Below, piece after piece: positions 11,547 to 21,979 of a DNA stretch of 64,000 nt (positions are counted from its first letter, which is position 1; every line of letters starts with the position of its first letter). Both the position numbers and the translations under genes were made by a program. The notes below the pieces were generated by a model. The model was not told the DNA's origin. It saw only the letters and a program-made list of their open reading frames with translations, and did not search any database. This stretch comes from Candidatus Latescibacterota bacterium. GTDB lineage: Bacteria; Latescibacterota; UBA2968. The stretch is from the NCBI GenBank assembly GCA_965204745.1, contig OZ242010.1, forward strand, positions 1,632,001 through 1,696,000, given 5' to 3'.

Positions 11547-14500
11547 TCAGCCTGATGAGCCAAAGTCGGCGGCGAAGATGAGGAAATCGTCAAAGTCAAT
11601 TTGACCATCGCCATTGAGATCGCACCGGGGGTCATATCGCTCCTGACCGAGGCGCGAGCCGAACTTGCCCGCAAAGGTCAAGAAGTCGGCGAAATTTACA
11701 ACCCCATCGCCATCGAGGTCGGGCGAGGGGAGTGAGACTTCGAGCGTGAAGGGTAGCGAGGCCACATCGCCATCGGCGTCTAACGCGCTCAAGGTGTAGG
11801 TCGCCTGGGCCTTCGCCTCACTCGGCATGCCGGAAAGCGTGCGCGTGGTCGGGTCAAACGATAGGCCATCTGGGAGGAATGGCAAGAGGATATAGACCAA
11901 CATGCCATCGCCACTGCTCGCTTGCGGGAGCGTGAGGGACGCGATCTCTTGGTTGACGAGATAGCTTTGTGCGGCGATGGTCGTATCGCCAAAAGTGGGC
12001 ACCAAGTTCGGGATTTCAAGGGTGAACGTGAGAGGGGCCGAATCGCCATTGCCATCTGTGGCGGTCAGCGTGTAGGTCGTCTCGTCCATGGCCTTGATCG
12101 GTGTGCCAGACAAGGTGAGCGTTTCGGCGTCAAAGGTCAAGCCCTCGGGCAACGCGGGGGTCAATGCGTAGGTCAGTGGGTCATCGCCACCGGTTGCTTG
12201 CGGGAGCGTCAAGGACGCGATCTCTCGATGTTGCATATAGACCTGTGCGGCGACGGTCGTATCGCCAAAGGTCGGTATTGGATCGGTCGTTACAGAGAGG
12301 GTGAACGTCAGGGTCGCCGCGTCGCCATCGCTGTCTGTGGCGGTCAGCGTATAGATCGTTTCGTCCGTTGCCTCGAGCGGTGTGCCAGACAATTCCCGGG
12401 TCTCGGCATTGAAGTTCAAGCCCTCGGGCAGATCCGGGGTCAGTGCATAGGTCAGCGGGTCATCGCCACCGGTCGCTTGCGGGAGCGTCAAGGACGTGAT
12501 CTCTTGCTTCCGCGTATAGGCCAGTGTATCCACACTCGCATCGCCGAAGGAGGGCGCCACGTTCCCGATGATGGTGAGGAAGAAGCTCATGGTGCCCTCA
12601 TCGCCATCTTCATCTGTGGCGGTCAGGGTGTAGATCGCTTTTTCTATCGCCTCGAGCGGTGTGCCAGATACGGTGCGCGTCTCAGCATCGAAGCTCAACC
12701 CATCGGGCAGACCCGTCAGGGTGTAGGTTAGGTCCCCATTGCCATCTGTTGCCGCGGGCAAGGTCAGCGGATCGATGGCCTGGTTTTGCCGATAGCTTTG
12801 CGGATCAACCGCCTCGGTGAAGGTCGGATCTGTATCCGGATCCGGTTCTGGCTCTGGATCCGTCGGATCTGTGGGTGTGGGCGCCTGGTCGTCGTTGGTG
12901 ATCGTGCCGGTGCCGGTCGCCACAGCCAAGGCCGCGCTGACCGGGTTGCTCAGCGTCACGACCACGGTCTCATCCGGTTCTACCGCTCCATCGCCGATGA
13001 CCGAGATGTCGATGGTCTTGCTCGTTTCGCCAACCGCGAAGGTCAGGGTCCCTGCGGCGAGCGCGTCGTAGTCCGTTCCCGAAGTCGCGTTGCCAGTGCC
13101 AGCGTCTGCATACGCCACCGTCACTTGTAACCCACTCGCCGAACTCAGCGAAACCGTGAAGCGGAGAGTGGGAGACGTCCCTGCCGCGCCCTCGGCCACG
13201 CTGGGCGAATCGATGCGTAGCACGGCCGCGTCATCATCGATGATCCTCCCCATCCCTGTCACACCGCCTAAGCTGCTGCTCAGGCTCACGGCCACGGTCT
13301 CATTGGGTTCATCCATTGTATCGTCGAGCACGGAAACGGCAAAGGTCTGCGTGGTCGCGCCTATCGCGAAGGTCAGGGTCCCTGCGGCGAACGCGGTGTA
13401 ATCCGTCCCCGAAGTCGCGCTACCGGTGCCCGCGTCTGCATACGTCACCGTCACCGCTGCCGTGTGCGCCGGGATTAGGTACACCCGAAAGGTTAGGGTC
13501 GCGCCGGTCGCGCCTTCAATCACGCTGGGCGAACCGATACTCAGCGCAGACGAGCCATCGTTGTCGATAATCGTCCCGGTGCCGGTGAGGCTCGTCGCAC
13601 CGCCATTCAAGGTGGCATTGACCGCGCTGCTCAACGTCACCACCACGGTCTCGTTCGGATCAACAGCCGAGTCGTCGGTCACAGTAACATCGAAAGTCCG
13701 CTCGGTCTGCCCTGGCCCAAAGATCAGGAGCCCCCCGGTAAGCGCGGTGTAGTCCGTCCCCGAAGTCGCGGTGCCCGTGCCCGCATCGGCATACGACACC
13801 GTCACCAGTTTGTAGCTCACTTTATTCAATCTGACGGTGAACCTCATGGTAGTGCCCTCGACCGCACTCGGCGAACTGATCGAGAGCATCGGCGGCGCGT
13901 CATCATCGGTGATCGTTACCGACGCCCCGGTCACGCTCCCGGTGCCTTGGCTATTGGTCATCACGCCCGTCACCGTCGTAGCGTTGTCCGCCGCGTCTAT
14001 GTCGTTGTCCACGCCGGTGATCGTCACGGCGTCCGTGCTCGTCGTCGCGTCCGCCGCGATGACGATGGTGTTGTCCGAACCCACCGTATAGACATTCGTT
14101 ACCGCCGTCACTGTGATCGTCGTCGCCGCGCTCGATGTATGCGACAGGGTCGCGCTCACCATCGCCACGCCGCCGTTCTCCGAAAAGGACAGCGGCGACG
14201 CGCTCAGGGTCGCGTCCGGCGGATCGTCGTCGTCTGTCAGCGTCAATGCCGTGCCGCCGATTATACTGGCCGTGCCTTGGGTGTTGCGCGCCACAACGGA
14301 CATGGTCACATTGCGATTAGGCTCGTCTCGGGTGTTGTTCATCGCAGTGATGACCACATTGTCCGACGCGTTCGCCGTGCTCCCGGCCGCGATGGTAATC
14401 GTCGAATCCGCCCCCACCGTGTAAGCACCCGCCACCGGGCGCACCGTGATCGTCGTGATCGCGCTCGACTTGTGAGATAGCGTCGCTGTCACCGTCGAAA

Positions 14501-17500
14501 CCGCGCCGTTCTCTGAAATCGACGCGGGATTCGACGTCAATGTCACCGTCGGCGCGGCCTCATCATCGGTGATCGTCAACGTCTCGGGAGACGATAGCGA
14601 CGCCATATTGCCACCCGTCACCGTTGCAGACACGGTCACGCTCTTGTCAGGCGCGTCAGTCGTGTCGTTCACCGAGGTGATCGTCACGGCGCCCGTGCTC
14701 GTCGTCGCATTCGCCGCGAAGGTCAGCGTGGTCGCGGTCGATAGCGTAAAATCGCCCGCAACCGCAGGGGCCACAGGTGTCGCTGAAACCGTGACCGTCG
14801 CCGCCGCGGTTGCGGTGCGATCTAGCGTCGCTGTGATCGTGGAAACCTGGGCATTCTCCGTAATCGACGCCGGAGTCAAAACCAACGTCACCTGCGGCAC
14901 GTCGTCATCGACAAGCGTCAGCGTCGCATCAGTGACCGTTCCCGTGCCCACGTTGTTGCCCACCGTGCTCGACACGGTCACCGTCTTGTTCCCCGTAGCA
15001 TCGGCATTATTCACCCCTGTGATCGTCACGGTGCCCGTGCTCGTCGTTTGCCCCGCCGCGACGAGCAGCGTGTCCGCCGTGCTCAGCGTGTAATCGCCTG
15101 CAACAGCAGGTTGCACAGGCGCCACTGTCACCGTAATCGTCGTCGGATCGCTCGACGTGTGAGACAGCCGTGCGGTCACGGTCGAGATACCGCCGTTCTC
15201 TGCAATCGACGCAGGCGACACAACCATCGTCACAGTCGGCGGGTCGTCGTCGTCCGTCAGCGTTATAGTGCCGGTCACACTACCCGCGCCTTGGGCGTTG
15301 CGCGACACACCGGACAAGTCCACGGTGCGATTAATCTCATCTCGGGTGTTGTCCACCGATGTGATGACCACCGTATCCGACGCGTTTATCGTGTCCCCCG
15401 CCGCGATGGTGATCGTCGTATCCGTCGCCGACACCGTGTAAGCACCCGCCACCGAGCGCACCGTGATCGTCGTCGCCGCGCTCGATGGGCGCGATAGCGA
15501 CGCCATCACTGTCGAAGCCGCGGCGTTCTCCGAAATCGACGCGGGATTCGGCGTCAGCGTCACCATCGGCGCAAGGTCGTCGTCGTCCAGCGTCAAAGTT
15601 GCCCCGGTTACCCTGCCCGAGACTTGGCTGTTGTGCATCACAACGGGCATGGTCACATTGCGATTAGGCTCGTCTTGGGTATTGTTCACCGCTGTGATAA
15701 CCACCGTGTCCGACGCGTTCGCCGTGCTCCCGGCCGCGATGGTGATCGTCGAATCCGCCGGCACCGTGTAAGCACCCGCCACCGGGCGCACCGTGATCGT
15801 CGTCGCGCTCGACGACAACGACCGTGACAGCGTCGCGGTCACGGTACTCATCCCGCCGTTTTCCGAGATCGACGAGGGCGTCAGTGCCAACGTCACGACC
15901 ACGGGTTGGAGGTTAAATTGCACGGCGGGATCCTTGCCGGCATACTTCAAGGCCGGATACTGATTCGTCGCGCCAAAGGCCCACGGGTCGTCGTCCGTCG
16001 GGTTCCAGCTTGCGTAGATGCCGGTGTAGCCGAGGGGGGTCTGGAGTTCGGCGGTGGTTTTGCCAGCGACGGTTACAGAGGAGCCGGATTGGCTGCCGAC
16101 GCACGGGAGGGTCGTGCGATGAACCGTGCTGTCGCAGTAGGTGTAGGACATCATGCTACCGGCGTTGGCGACACTCCCGACAAATCCGCCGATGACGTTG
16201 GTGGCATCGGCAGTGCCGGACACGTCACCGGCGGCGTAGGCAGCGGTGATCCTGCCGCTGACGGGGTTGCCCATGATCGCTGTGTGGTTGCCTACTAGCC
16301 CGCCCAAGGAGAGGCTGGTATAGGTTCCGCCATCGACGGATGCCGTGGCGTAGGCTTCGGTGATCGTGCCGAAGTTGTTGCCCGCCAACCCGCCCACATG
16401 AGTGCCATTGATGATGGTGGAGACGGAACCGCCTTGTACGTAACTGGCAGTCACCGAACCTATGGAGTTGATTTGACCCACCAGAATGGCAAGGGCGTCA
16501 TTGGGGTTGGCGCCGCCACTCACGCGGGCGTTTATCATCCCCACCTCCCGGATAGAACCGCTCAGAGCAGTGAATAGGCCAGTAGAACCGGCGTAGTTGG
16601 TGATGGTCATGCGGGTAATGGTATGGCCGTTGCCGTTGAATGCGGCGGTATATGTCGGGATGGGGGTCCAACTGGGGTAGGTGTCGTCGGCGTCCACGTC
16701 GGAATCGCTGTCCGTGTCGAAGTCCAGGTCGCTGAGCAGTTCGTAGCCGGTGCATCTCAAGAAGCAACCCATAGGGGTGGCGGTGGCGGTGTCCCGGTTG
16801 GAAAAAGCGGTGTTGTAGGCGGTCGTATCGCTGGTCGAGGCACTTGTGTCTATGGCACCATCGCCATTGAGATCCCAGCGCATGGCGTTGAGTTGTGCCA
16901 AGGACGAGACCTCGATGAGGCCATCGGTATCGCTATCGTAACTCGGTGTCCCTGGGACGCCCATGACCTCGGCCGAGGGTGCATCGCGCACACCGGTCTT
17001 GGTGGCAAGGACACGCACTGTGTAGGTCGTCCCCGACGTCAAGGAGAGAATCTTGTGGAGCGTATCCGTGGTGGCGGCCTCACGCATGGTGTCGTAGCTT
17101 TGCATGCCGGATTTCCACTGCACCTTGTACCCCGTCGCGCGACTCGCCGCACGCCAGTACACGTTCAAGCTGTCCGTATTGGACGTCACGGCCACCTCCG
17201 GTTGCCCGGGCGGTTGCAACGCAAGTTGCGCGGTGGTGTCCAGGCCGGCATACTTCAACACGGGGTACCGATCCGTCGCGCCAAAGTACCACGGATCGTC
17301 GTTGCCCGTTTGCCCGTCCAGATTTTGGTTCCAGTTGGCGTAGATGCTACCGGTATAGCCGGTGGGGCTTTGGAGGGCACTGGTGGTTTGAGCGCCCGTG
17401 GTGCTGGTGCTGGTTCCAGCGGTGGTGTCCAGGCCGGTGGTTTGTCTGTCCCAGTAGCTGTTGGTCATCGGGTTGGCTGTACCACCCTGTTGTGCCGCCA

Positions 17501-18806
17501 GGCCTCCGGCGGCCGTGGTGCCAGTGCTGGTGTTGGAAACAGCGCCGATAGCATAGACGGCGCTTATCGAGTTCGCGGTATTGACGGTCGCGCGGCCTAT
17601 CAGACCGCCCGCTTTGACGCCGGTGCCGCTCCCAGAAACGTTCCCGGTTGCGTAGCTGGAGCGCAGGTATTCGCCACTACCGAGAATTATCTCCCCTATC
17701 AGGCCGCCCACTTTGAGGCTGAGGGCGTCGGTAGCACCGGTGCCGGTGCCACTACCGGAAACGTTCCCAGTCGCGTAGGTGGCGTAGCTGGGACCCCGCA
17801 TTTCCCCTATCAGGCCGCCCACTCTGCCGAGGCCGGTGGCGGAAACGTTCCCAGTCGCGTAGCTGACGCTGACCCGGGAACTGGTCCAACCGATCAGGCC
17901 ACCGGCGGTGATGGTGCCGGTAAAAGTACCGGTGATGGTGACCGTCCCAGTGGCGTAGGTGGAGTCGACGGTACTGGTGGCTACCCCGATCAGGCCGCCG
18001 GCGAAATGCGAATTGTTGTTCGTTCCGAATACATTGCAGGTGGCGTAGCTATCGCTGACGGTCCCAAGAGAGTAGCCCAACAGACAGCCGATATAGCTAA
18101 AACTGCCACTGGCACTGCTGGGGTTGTGGGTTACGGAGCCGCCGGCAACGTAGCTCCCGCGCACCGTGCCGCCGCTACTGAGGCGACCCGCCAAGGCACC
18201 GGTTCGACCAAAGTTGTTCGAACTGGAGGTGGAAGTGCGGGTGTTGGTGACATTCACGTCCAACAAGCCCACATCTCTAATCGTGCCGCTGACATCGCCG
18301 AACAGACCGACGAAACCGCCACCGGTGGCGGTGCTGGTGCTGTCAGCGATAAACAAGTTGGAAATGGTGTTGTCATTGCCATCAAAGGTGGCGGTGAAGA
18401 GGGTTGCAGCACCGGTGGACGCAACACCGATGGGCGTCCAGCCAGCACCGCTGTTCCAGTAGGTGGCGTCTGCTGAGGTGATCTGGTCATCGTTGTTCTC
18501 GTCAAAGTCCAGGTTGCCCATCAACTCGTAGCCGGTGCAGGTAGCGGCGCAACCCATGCGGGTGGCGGTGGCGGTATCTCGGCCGGAAAAGGCGGCGTTG
18601 TAAGCGGCCGTATCGGCGGTCGAGGCACTTGCGTCTATGGCACCATCGCCGTTGAGGTCCCAGCGAATGGCATTCAGTTGCGCCAAGGTGGTGACGTCAA
18701 TCAGGTTGTCGTTGTCCGTATCGTAGTCGGTTTGGGCAAAAGCCGGCCCCGATGCCATCAGAAAAACCAGCGCGACCATAGCCAACATAGTGTAGCGGGA
18801 CATCAT
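11547..18806 (-). CDS. Giant secreted adhesin-like protein (~2419 aa): two GLUG/beta-helix-like modules, FN3, Calx-beta repeats, putative Ig repeats, C-terminal dockerin/EF-hand pair
   Basis: Signal peptide MMSRYTMLAMVALVFLMASGPAFAQ after AAGGAG; repeated LAQLNAxRWDLNGDG; GTATSGTDY...GTLTF Calx-beta units; LPxGLxFDxxTRTLSGTP Ig units; PDLDGDGVVNFADFL/DLNGDGQIDFDDFL tail. Confidence 0.85.
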   Translation of the reverse strand: MMSRYTMLAMVALVFLMASGPAFAQTDYDTDNDNLIDVTTLAQLNAIRWDLNGDGAIDASASTADTAAYNAAFSGRDTATATRMGCAATCTGYELMGNLDFDENNDDQITSADATYWNSGAGWTPIGVASTGAATLFTATFDGNDNTISNLFIADSTSTATGGGFVGLFGDVSGTIRDVGLLDVNVTNTRTSTSSSNNFGRTGALAGRLSSGGTVRGSYVAGGSVTHNPSSASGSFSYIGCLLGYSLGTVSDSYATCNVFGTNNNSHFAGGLIGVATSTVDSTYATGTVTITGTFTGTITAGGLIGWTSSRVSVSYATGNVSATGLGRVGGLIGEMRGPSYATYATGNVSGSGTGTGATDALSLKVGGLIGEIILGSGEYLRSSYATGNVSGSGTGVKAGGLIGRATVNTANSISAVYAIGAVSNTSTGTTAAGGLAAQQGGTANPMTNSYWDRQTTGLDTTAGTSTSTTGAQTTSALQSPTGYTGSIYANWNQNLDGQTGNDDPWYFGATDRYPVLKYAGLDTTAQLALQPPGQPEVAVTSNTDSLNVYWRAASRATGYKVQWKSGMQSYDTMREAATTDTLHKILSLTSGTTYTVRVLATKTGVRDAPSAEVMGVPGTPSYDSDTDGLIEVSSLAQLNAMRWDLNGDGAIDTSASTSDTTAYNTAFSNRDTATATPMGCFLRCTGYELLSDLDFDTDSDSDVDADDTYPSWTPIPTYTAAFNGNGHTITRMTITNYAGSTGLFTALSGSIREVGMINARVSGGANPNDALAILVGQINSIGSVTASYVQGGSVSTIINGTHVGGLAGNNFGTITEAYATASVDGGTYTSLSLGGLVGNHTAIMGNPVSGRITAAYAAGDVSGTADATNVIGGFVGSVANAGSMMSYTYCDSTVHRTTLPCVGSQSGSSVTVAGKTTAELQTPLGYTGIYASWNPTDDDPWAFGATNQYPALKYAGKDPAVQFNLQPVVVTLALTPSSISENGGMSTVTATLSRSLSSSATTITVRPVAGAYTVPADSTITIAAGSTANASDTVVITAVNNTQDEPNRNVTMPVVMHNSQVSGRVTGATLTLDDDDLAPMVTLTPNPASISENAAASTVMASLSRPSSAATTITVRSVAGAYTVSATDTTITIAAGDTINASDTVVITSVDNTRDEINRTVDLSGVSRNAQGAGSVTGTITLTDDDDPPTVTMVVSPASIAENGGISTVTARLSHTSSDPTTITVTVAPVQPAVAGDYTLSTADTLLVAAGQTTSTGTVTITGVNNADATGNKTVTVSSTVGNNVGTGTVTDATLTLVDDDVPQVTLVLTPASITENAQVSTITATLDRTATAAATVTVSATPVAPAVAGDFTLSTATTLTFAANATTSTGAVTITSVNDTTDAPDKSVTVSATVTGGNMASLSSPETLTITDDEAAPTVTLTSNPASISENGAVSTVTATLSHKSSAITTITVRPVAGAYTVGADSTITIAAGSTANASDNVVITAMNNTRDEPNRNVTMSVVARNTQGTASIIGGTALTLTDDDDPPDATLSASPLSFSENGGVAMVSATLSHTSSAATTITVTAVTNVYTVGSDNTIVIAADATTSTDAVTITGVDNDIDAADNATTVTGVMTNSQGTGSVTGASVTITDDDAPPMLSISSPSAVEGTTMRFTVRLNKVSYKLVTVSYADAGTGTATSGTDYTALTGGLLIFGPGQTERTFDVTVTDDSAVDPNETVVVTLSSAVNATLNGGATSLTGTGTIIDNDGSSALSIGSPSVIEGATGATLTFRVYLIPAHTAAVTVTYADAGTGSATSGTDYTAFAAGTLTFAIGATTQTFAVSVLDDTMDEPNETVAVSLSSSLGGVTGMGRIIDDDAAVLRIDSPSVAEGAAGTSPTLRFTVSLSSASGLQVTVAYADAGTGNATSGTDYDALAAGTLTFAVGETSKTIDISVIGDGAVEPDETVVVTLSNPVSAALAVATGTGTITNDDQAPTPTDPTDPEPEPDPDTDPTFTEAVDPQSYRQNQAIDPLTLPAATDGNGDLTYTLTGLPDGLSFDAETRTVSGTPLEAIEKAIYTLTATDEDGDEGTMSFFLTIIGNVAPSFGDASVDTLAYTRKQEITSLTLPQATGGDDPLTYALTPDLPEGLNFNAETRELSGTPLEATDETIYTLTATDSDGDAATLTFTLSVTTDPIPTFGDTTVAAQVYMQHREIASLTLPQATGGDDPLTYALTPALPEGLTFDAETLTLSGTPIKAMDETTYTLTATDGNGDSAPLTFTLEIPNLVPTFGDTTIAAQSYLVNQEIASLTLPQASSGDGMLVYILLPFLPDGLSFDPTTRTLSGMPSEAKAQATYTLSALDADGDVASLPFTLEVSLPSPDLDGDGVVNFADFLTFAGKFGSRLGQERYDPRCDLNGDGQIDFDDFLIFAADFGSSG

Positions 18807-19013
18807 ATCAGACTCCTTTGCAATGAAATAGAAGCACACGCCAAGATGGGGATGGGCGACATGAACGCCTGTTTTCGCAGGAGAACGGCGGCCTCCAAAC
18901 AGGTTTGAACAACGCCGAAAAATGGCAGTCAACATGTGAATCCTCCCGAAAAATAGAACGAGTTGCACAGGCATGGCTTTTGCCTGCGGGAAAAAAATAA
19001 CGACGGTTGGGAA

Positions 19014-19041
19014 AGTATAAGATGCCAAATCATTTTGTCAA
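19014..19041 (-). promoter_or_regulatory. Sigma-70 promoter of giant surface-protein gene
   Basis: TTGACA-N16-TATACT on minus strand. Confidence 0.7.
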
Positions 19042-19050
19042 GGGGAAATT

Positions 19051-19394
19051 GGACCTACCCCCTAACCCCCTTCCTGCGAGGAAGGGGGAACTGTGAGCGG
19101 TTTTGCGAGGGATTGCGCGATAGGTTTTTGGGGTTCCATGGCGTGATCCATTCGCGCAAAGCCATCAGAATAGCCAGGGATACAACCCTTCAAGTTGGGA
19201 CCTACCCCCTGGCCCCCTTCCTGCGAGGAAGGGGGAACTGTGAGCGGTTTTGCGAGGGATTGCGCGATAGGTTTTTGGGGTTCCATGGCGTGATCCATTC
19301 GCGCAAAGCCATCAAAACAGCCAGGGATACAAATCTTCAAGAAAGCCATACGCTCCCCCTTTCCTCGTAGGAAAGGGGGCCGGGGGGATAGGTC
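19051..19394. repeat. Family B element, two tandem units, inverted relative to 10506-11480
   Basis: GGACCTACCCCCT..CCCCCTTCCTGCGAGGAAGGGGG at 19051 and ~19198; ends AGGAAAGGGGGCCGGGGGGATAGGTC. Confidence 0.9.
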
Positions 19395-19466
19395 TTGCGG
19401 TGGTGGGGTGGTGGGTGGTAATCAGGGCCGACCGAACTGGAAAACGCCTATGCCGATACGTCTTGC

Positions 19467-19648
19467 GGCGGTAGGGCGGTGTGGGGTAATCCGCGCAATC
19501 CGCGTAATCCGTTTAATCCGCGATTCAGACACGGATGGGCGGCGGGGGATGCGAAGGACACATCGGAGGGAAACGATGAAGCGGTGGTGGGGTGGTGGGT
19601 GGTAATCCGCGTAATCCGCGTAATCCGTTTAATCCGCGATTCAGACAC
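19467..19648 (+). repeat. Two copies of repeat family A
   Basis: GGTAATCCGCG(C/T)AATCCGCGTAATCCGTTTAATCCGCGATTCAGACACGG twice. Confidence 0.9.
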
Positions 19649-19765
19649 GGTGGTGCGGTGCCTAAACGCTGATTGCCGACACGAAATATTCTCAATTTCT
19701 CCTCCAAAATTTGGTATCTTATGGATATCCAAACGCAGTTCCACCACACTCACAGGAGGCATCCC

Positions 19766-20371
19766 TTGGCAGAAGTCAAAGCCACCAATATCGTTTGGCA
19801 CGAAAGCCAGGTTGCGCGTGAACAGCGCGAAGCCTTGCTCGACCAAAAAGGTGTGTTGATATGGCTCACCGGCTTGCCCAGCTCGGGCAAAAGCACCATC
19901 GCATTCACCGTCGAACACGCCCTGATTGAACGCGGGCGCATGGCGTATGTGCTCGACGGCGACAACATCCGCCACGGCTTGAACAAAAACCTCGGCTTCT
20001 CGGCTGAAGACCGTGCGGAAAACATCCGGCGCATCGGCGAAGTGGGCAAACTCTTTGCAGACACTGGCGTCATCACCCTCTCTAGCTTTGTCAGTCCCTA
20101 CCGTGCGGACCGCGACGGTGTGCGCGCATTGATGAATGACGAGAACTTCATCGAAGTCTTCATCGACACGCCTCTCAAGGTGTGCGAAACACGCGATCCC
20201 AAGGGTTTGTACAAAAAAGCGCGAACAGGTGAAATCCCCAATTTCACGGGCATCTCCGACCCGTACGAACCGCCTGTAAATCCCGAACTCGTCATTTACA
20301 CTGTTGACAGTACGCCGCAACAGGCCGCACGACAAATCATCACCTCGCTCGAAACGAGGGGGAATATTTAA
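19766..20371 (+). CDS. cysC: Adenylyl-sulfate kinase
   Basis: WLTGLPSSGKST P-loop, LDGDNIRHGLN, RDPKGLY, FTGISDPYE; TTG start after AGGAGG. Confidence 0.95.
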   Translation: MAEVKATNIVWHESQVAREQREALLDQKGVLIWLTGLPSSGKSTIAFTVEHALIERGRMAYVLDGDNIRHGLNKNLGFSAEDRAENIRRIGEVGKLFADTGVITLSSFVSPYRADRDGVRALMNDENFIEVFIDTPLKVCETRDPKGLYKKARTGEIPNFTGISDPYEPPVNPELVIYTVDSTPQQAARQIITSLETRGNI

Positions 20372-20373
20372 GA

Positions 20374-20526
20374 AGTAGTCAGTGGTCAGTCCCCGCCCAA
20401 CCGCCCTTCGGTGAGACGTAAGAAGGGAGAGGGGAGACCGCCCCGCCACCCCAAGTGGTCAGTAGTCAGTGGTCAGTGGTCAGTAGTCAGTCCCCGCCCA
20501 ACACCTCCAAAACCCGTCGCACTTCG
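20374..20526. repeat. Composite heptamer-repeat element (CAGTGGT/CAGTAGT plus purine-rich units)
   Basis: Colinear homologue at 39808-39937; component tracts also at 2720-2762, 37040-37066 and 44727-44775. Confidence 0.8.
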
Positions 20527-20587
20527 ATGAACTGCTACGGGGAGGGGCATGTTTTTTGCCCAATTTCTAAGCACGCGACCCGAGGAC

Positions 20588-21979
20588 ATGACGATGATTT
20601 ACCATCAACTCTTCGCCCAAACGGACCGCATCGTGCGCGTGGGCGTCATTGGCACCGGGCAATACGCCACCGCCCTCGTCGCGCAATCGCACGCTATCGA
20701 TCAACTCCATGTGCCCGTGGTCTGCGACACCAACTTAGACGCGGCCCAAAACGCTTTCGATCACGCGGGCTTGGATTCGGACAAAACGATCATCGCCGAC
20801 ACCGGCGAACAGGCCGCCGTTGCCATCGCACAGGGCAAATACGTCATTCTCACAGACGCCATGCAAATGATGGACTTGCCCCTCGACGTCATCGTGGAAT
20901 CCACAGGGGTCGCAAGCGCGGGCGCGAACCACGGCCTTGAAGCCATCCGACACGGCAAGCACGTCGCGATGGTCTCCAAAGAAACCGACGTCACGGTCGG
21001 CCCCATCCTCAAACACCTCGCAGACCAAGCGGGCCTGGTCTATACCGCTGTTGATGGGGACCAGCACGGCTTGCTCATGGGCCTCGTCCAGTGGGCGCGC
21101 GACCTGGGCCTCGAAGTGCTCTGCGGCGGCAAATCCCTCGATTCGGACCGCGTGTACGACCCGCAAGCCAACGCCATTGTCTGGTCCAAAGGTAGTCTCC
21201 AAATTCCAGATCGACGCATCTTTGCGGCCCAAACAGCCGAAGGCCCCTCGGCTTATGTCGCGCAACGCCGCAACATTCTCGGGCAACGCGGCGCGATTGC
21301 GGGCTACGACATCACCGAACTGACTATCGCCGCCAATGCCACCGGCCTCATCCCCGACACAGACACCCTGCATACCCCCATCGTCCGCACGGTCGAAATC
21401 CCGGAAGTGCTCGCCCCCAAAGAAGATGGCGGCATCTTGTCGCAACGCGGCGTCATCGACTGCGTCTCCTGCTTGCGCCAACAGGGTGAACCCGGCCTCG
21501 GCGGCGGGGTCTTCATCGTCGTGGCCTGCGAAAATGCGTACGCTCGGCGCATCCTCACCACCAAAGGACTCATCTCCAATCGAAAAGGTAGCGCGGCCCT
21601 CATCTACCGCCCCTATCACCTCTGCGGCGTGGAAACCCCCATCACCACCTTGGTCGCGGGCCTCTTAAACCTGCCCACGGGCGCGACCCATTACCGGCCG
21701 CGCTTTGACATTGTGGCCCGCGCAAAAGAACACCTCAAAGCCGGCGCCCAAATCGGCACGGATCACAGCACAAACCTCGACTACCTCATGCGCCCTGCCC
21801 TGCCTATCGCGGGCGACAATCCCCTGCCCTTTCACATGGCGAGTGGCAACCCCCTCCGCCGGGATGTCCCCGCGGGCGAACTCATCACCGCGAGCGCGAT
21901 CCGCGCCCAAGACGACGACCCGCTCTGGACGCTCCGCAAAAAACAGGACGCCCATTTTCTCGGACGATCCCCCGCATGA
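20588..21979 (+). CDS. Homoserine-dehydrogenase-like NAD(P)-binding oxidoreductase with C-terminal SAF domain
   Basis: VGVIGTGQY Rossmann motif, KETDVTVGPIL, VYTAVDGDQH, YRPYHLCGVE, LRRDVPAGELIT. Confidence 0.8.
   Translation: MTMIYHQLFAQTDRIVRVGVIGTGQYATALVAQSHAIDQLHVPVVCDTNLDAAQNAFDHAGLDSDKTIIADTGEQAAVAIAQGKYVILTDAMQMMDLPLDVIVESTGVASAGANHGLEAIRHGKHVAMVSKETDVTVGPILKHLADQAGLVYTAVDGDQHGLLMGLVQWARDLGLEVLCGGKSLDSDRVYDPQANAIVWSKGSLQIPDRRIFAAQTAEGPSAYVAQRRNILGQRGAIAGYDITELTIAANATGLIPDTDTLHTPIVRTVEIPEVLAPKEDGGILSQRGVIDCVSCLRQQGEPGLGGGVFIVVACENAYARRILTTKGLISNRKGSAALIYRPYHLCGVETPITTLVAGLLNLPTGATHYRPRFDIVARAKEHLKAGAQIGTDHSTNLDYLMRPALPIAGDNPLPFHMASGNPLRRDVPAGELITASAIRAQDDDPLWTLRKKQDAHFLGRSPA

Noticed and set aside
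16623-18476. 617-aa plus-strand ORF
   Set aside because: Antisense shadow of the repetitive adhesin gene.
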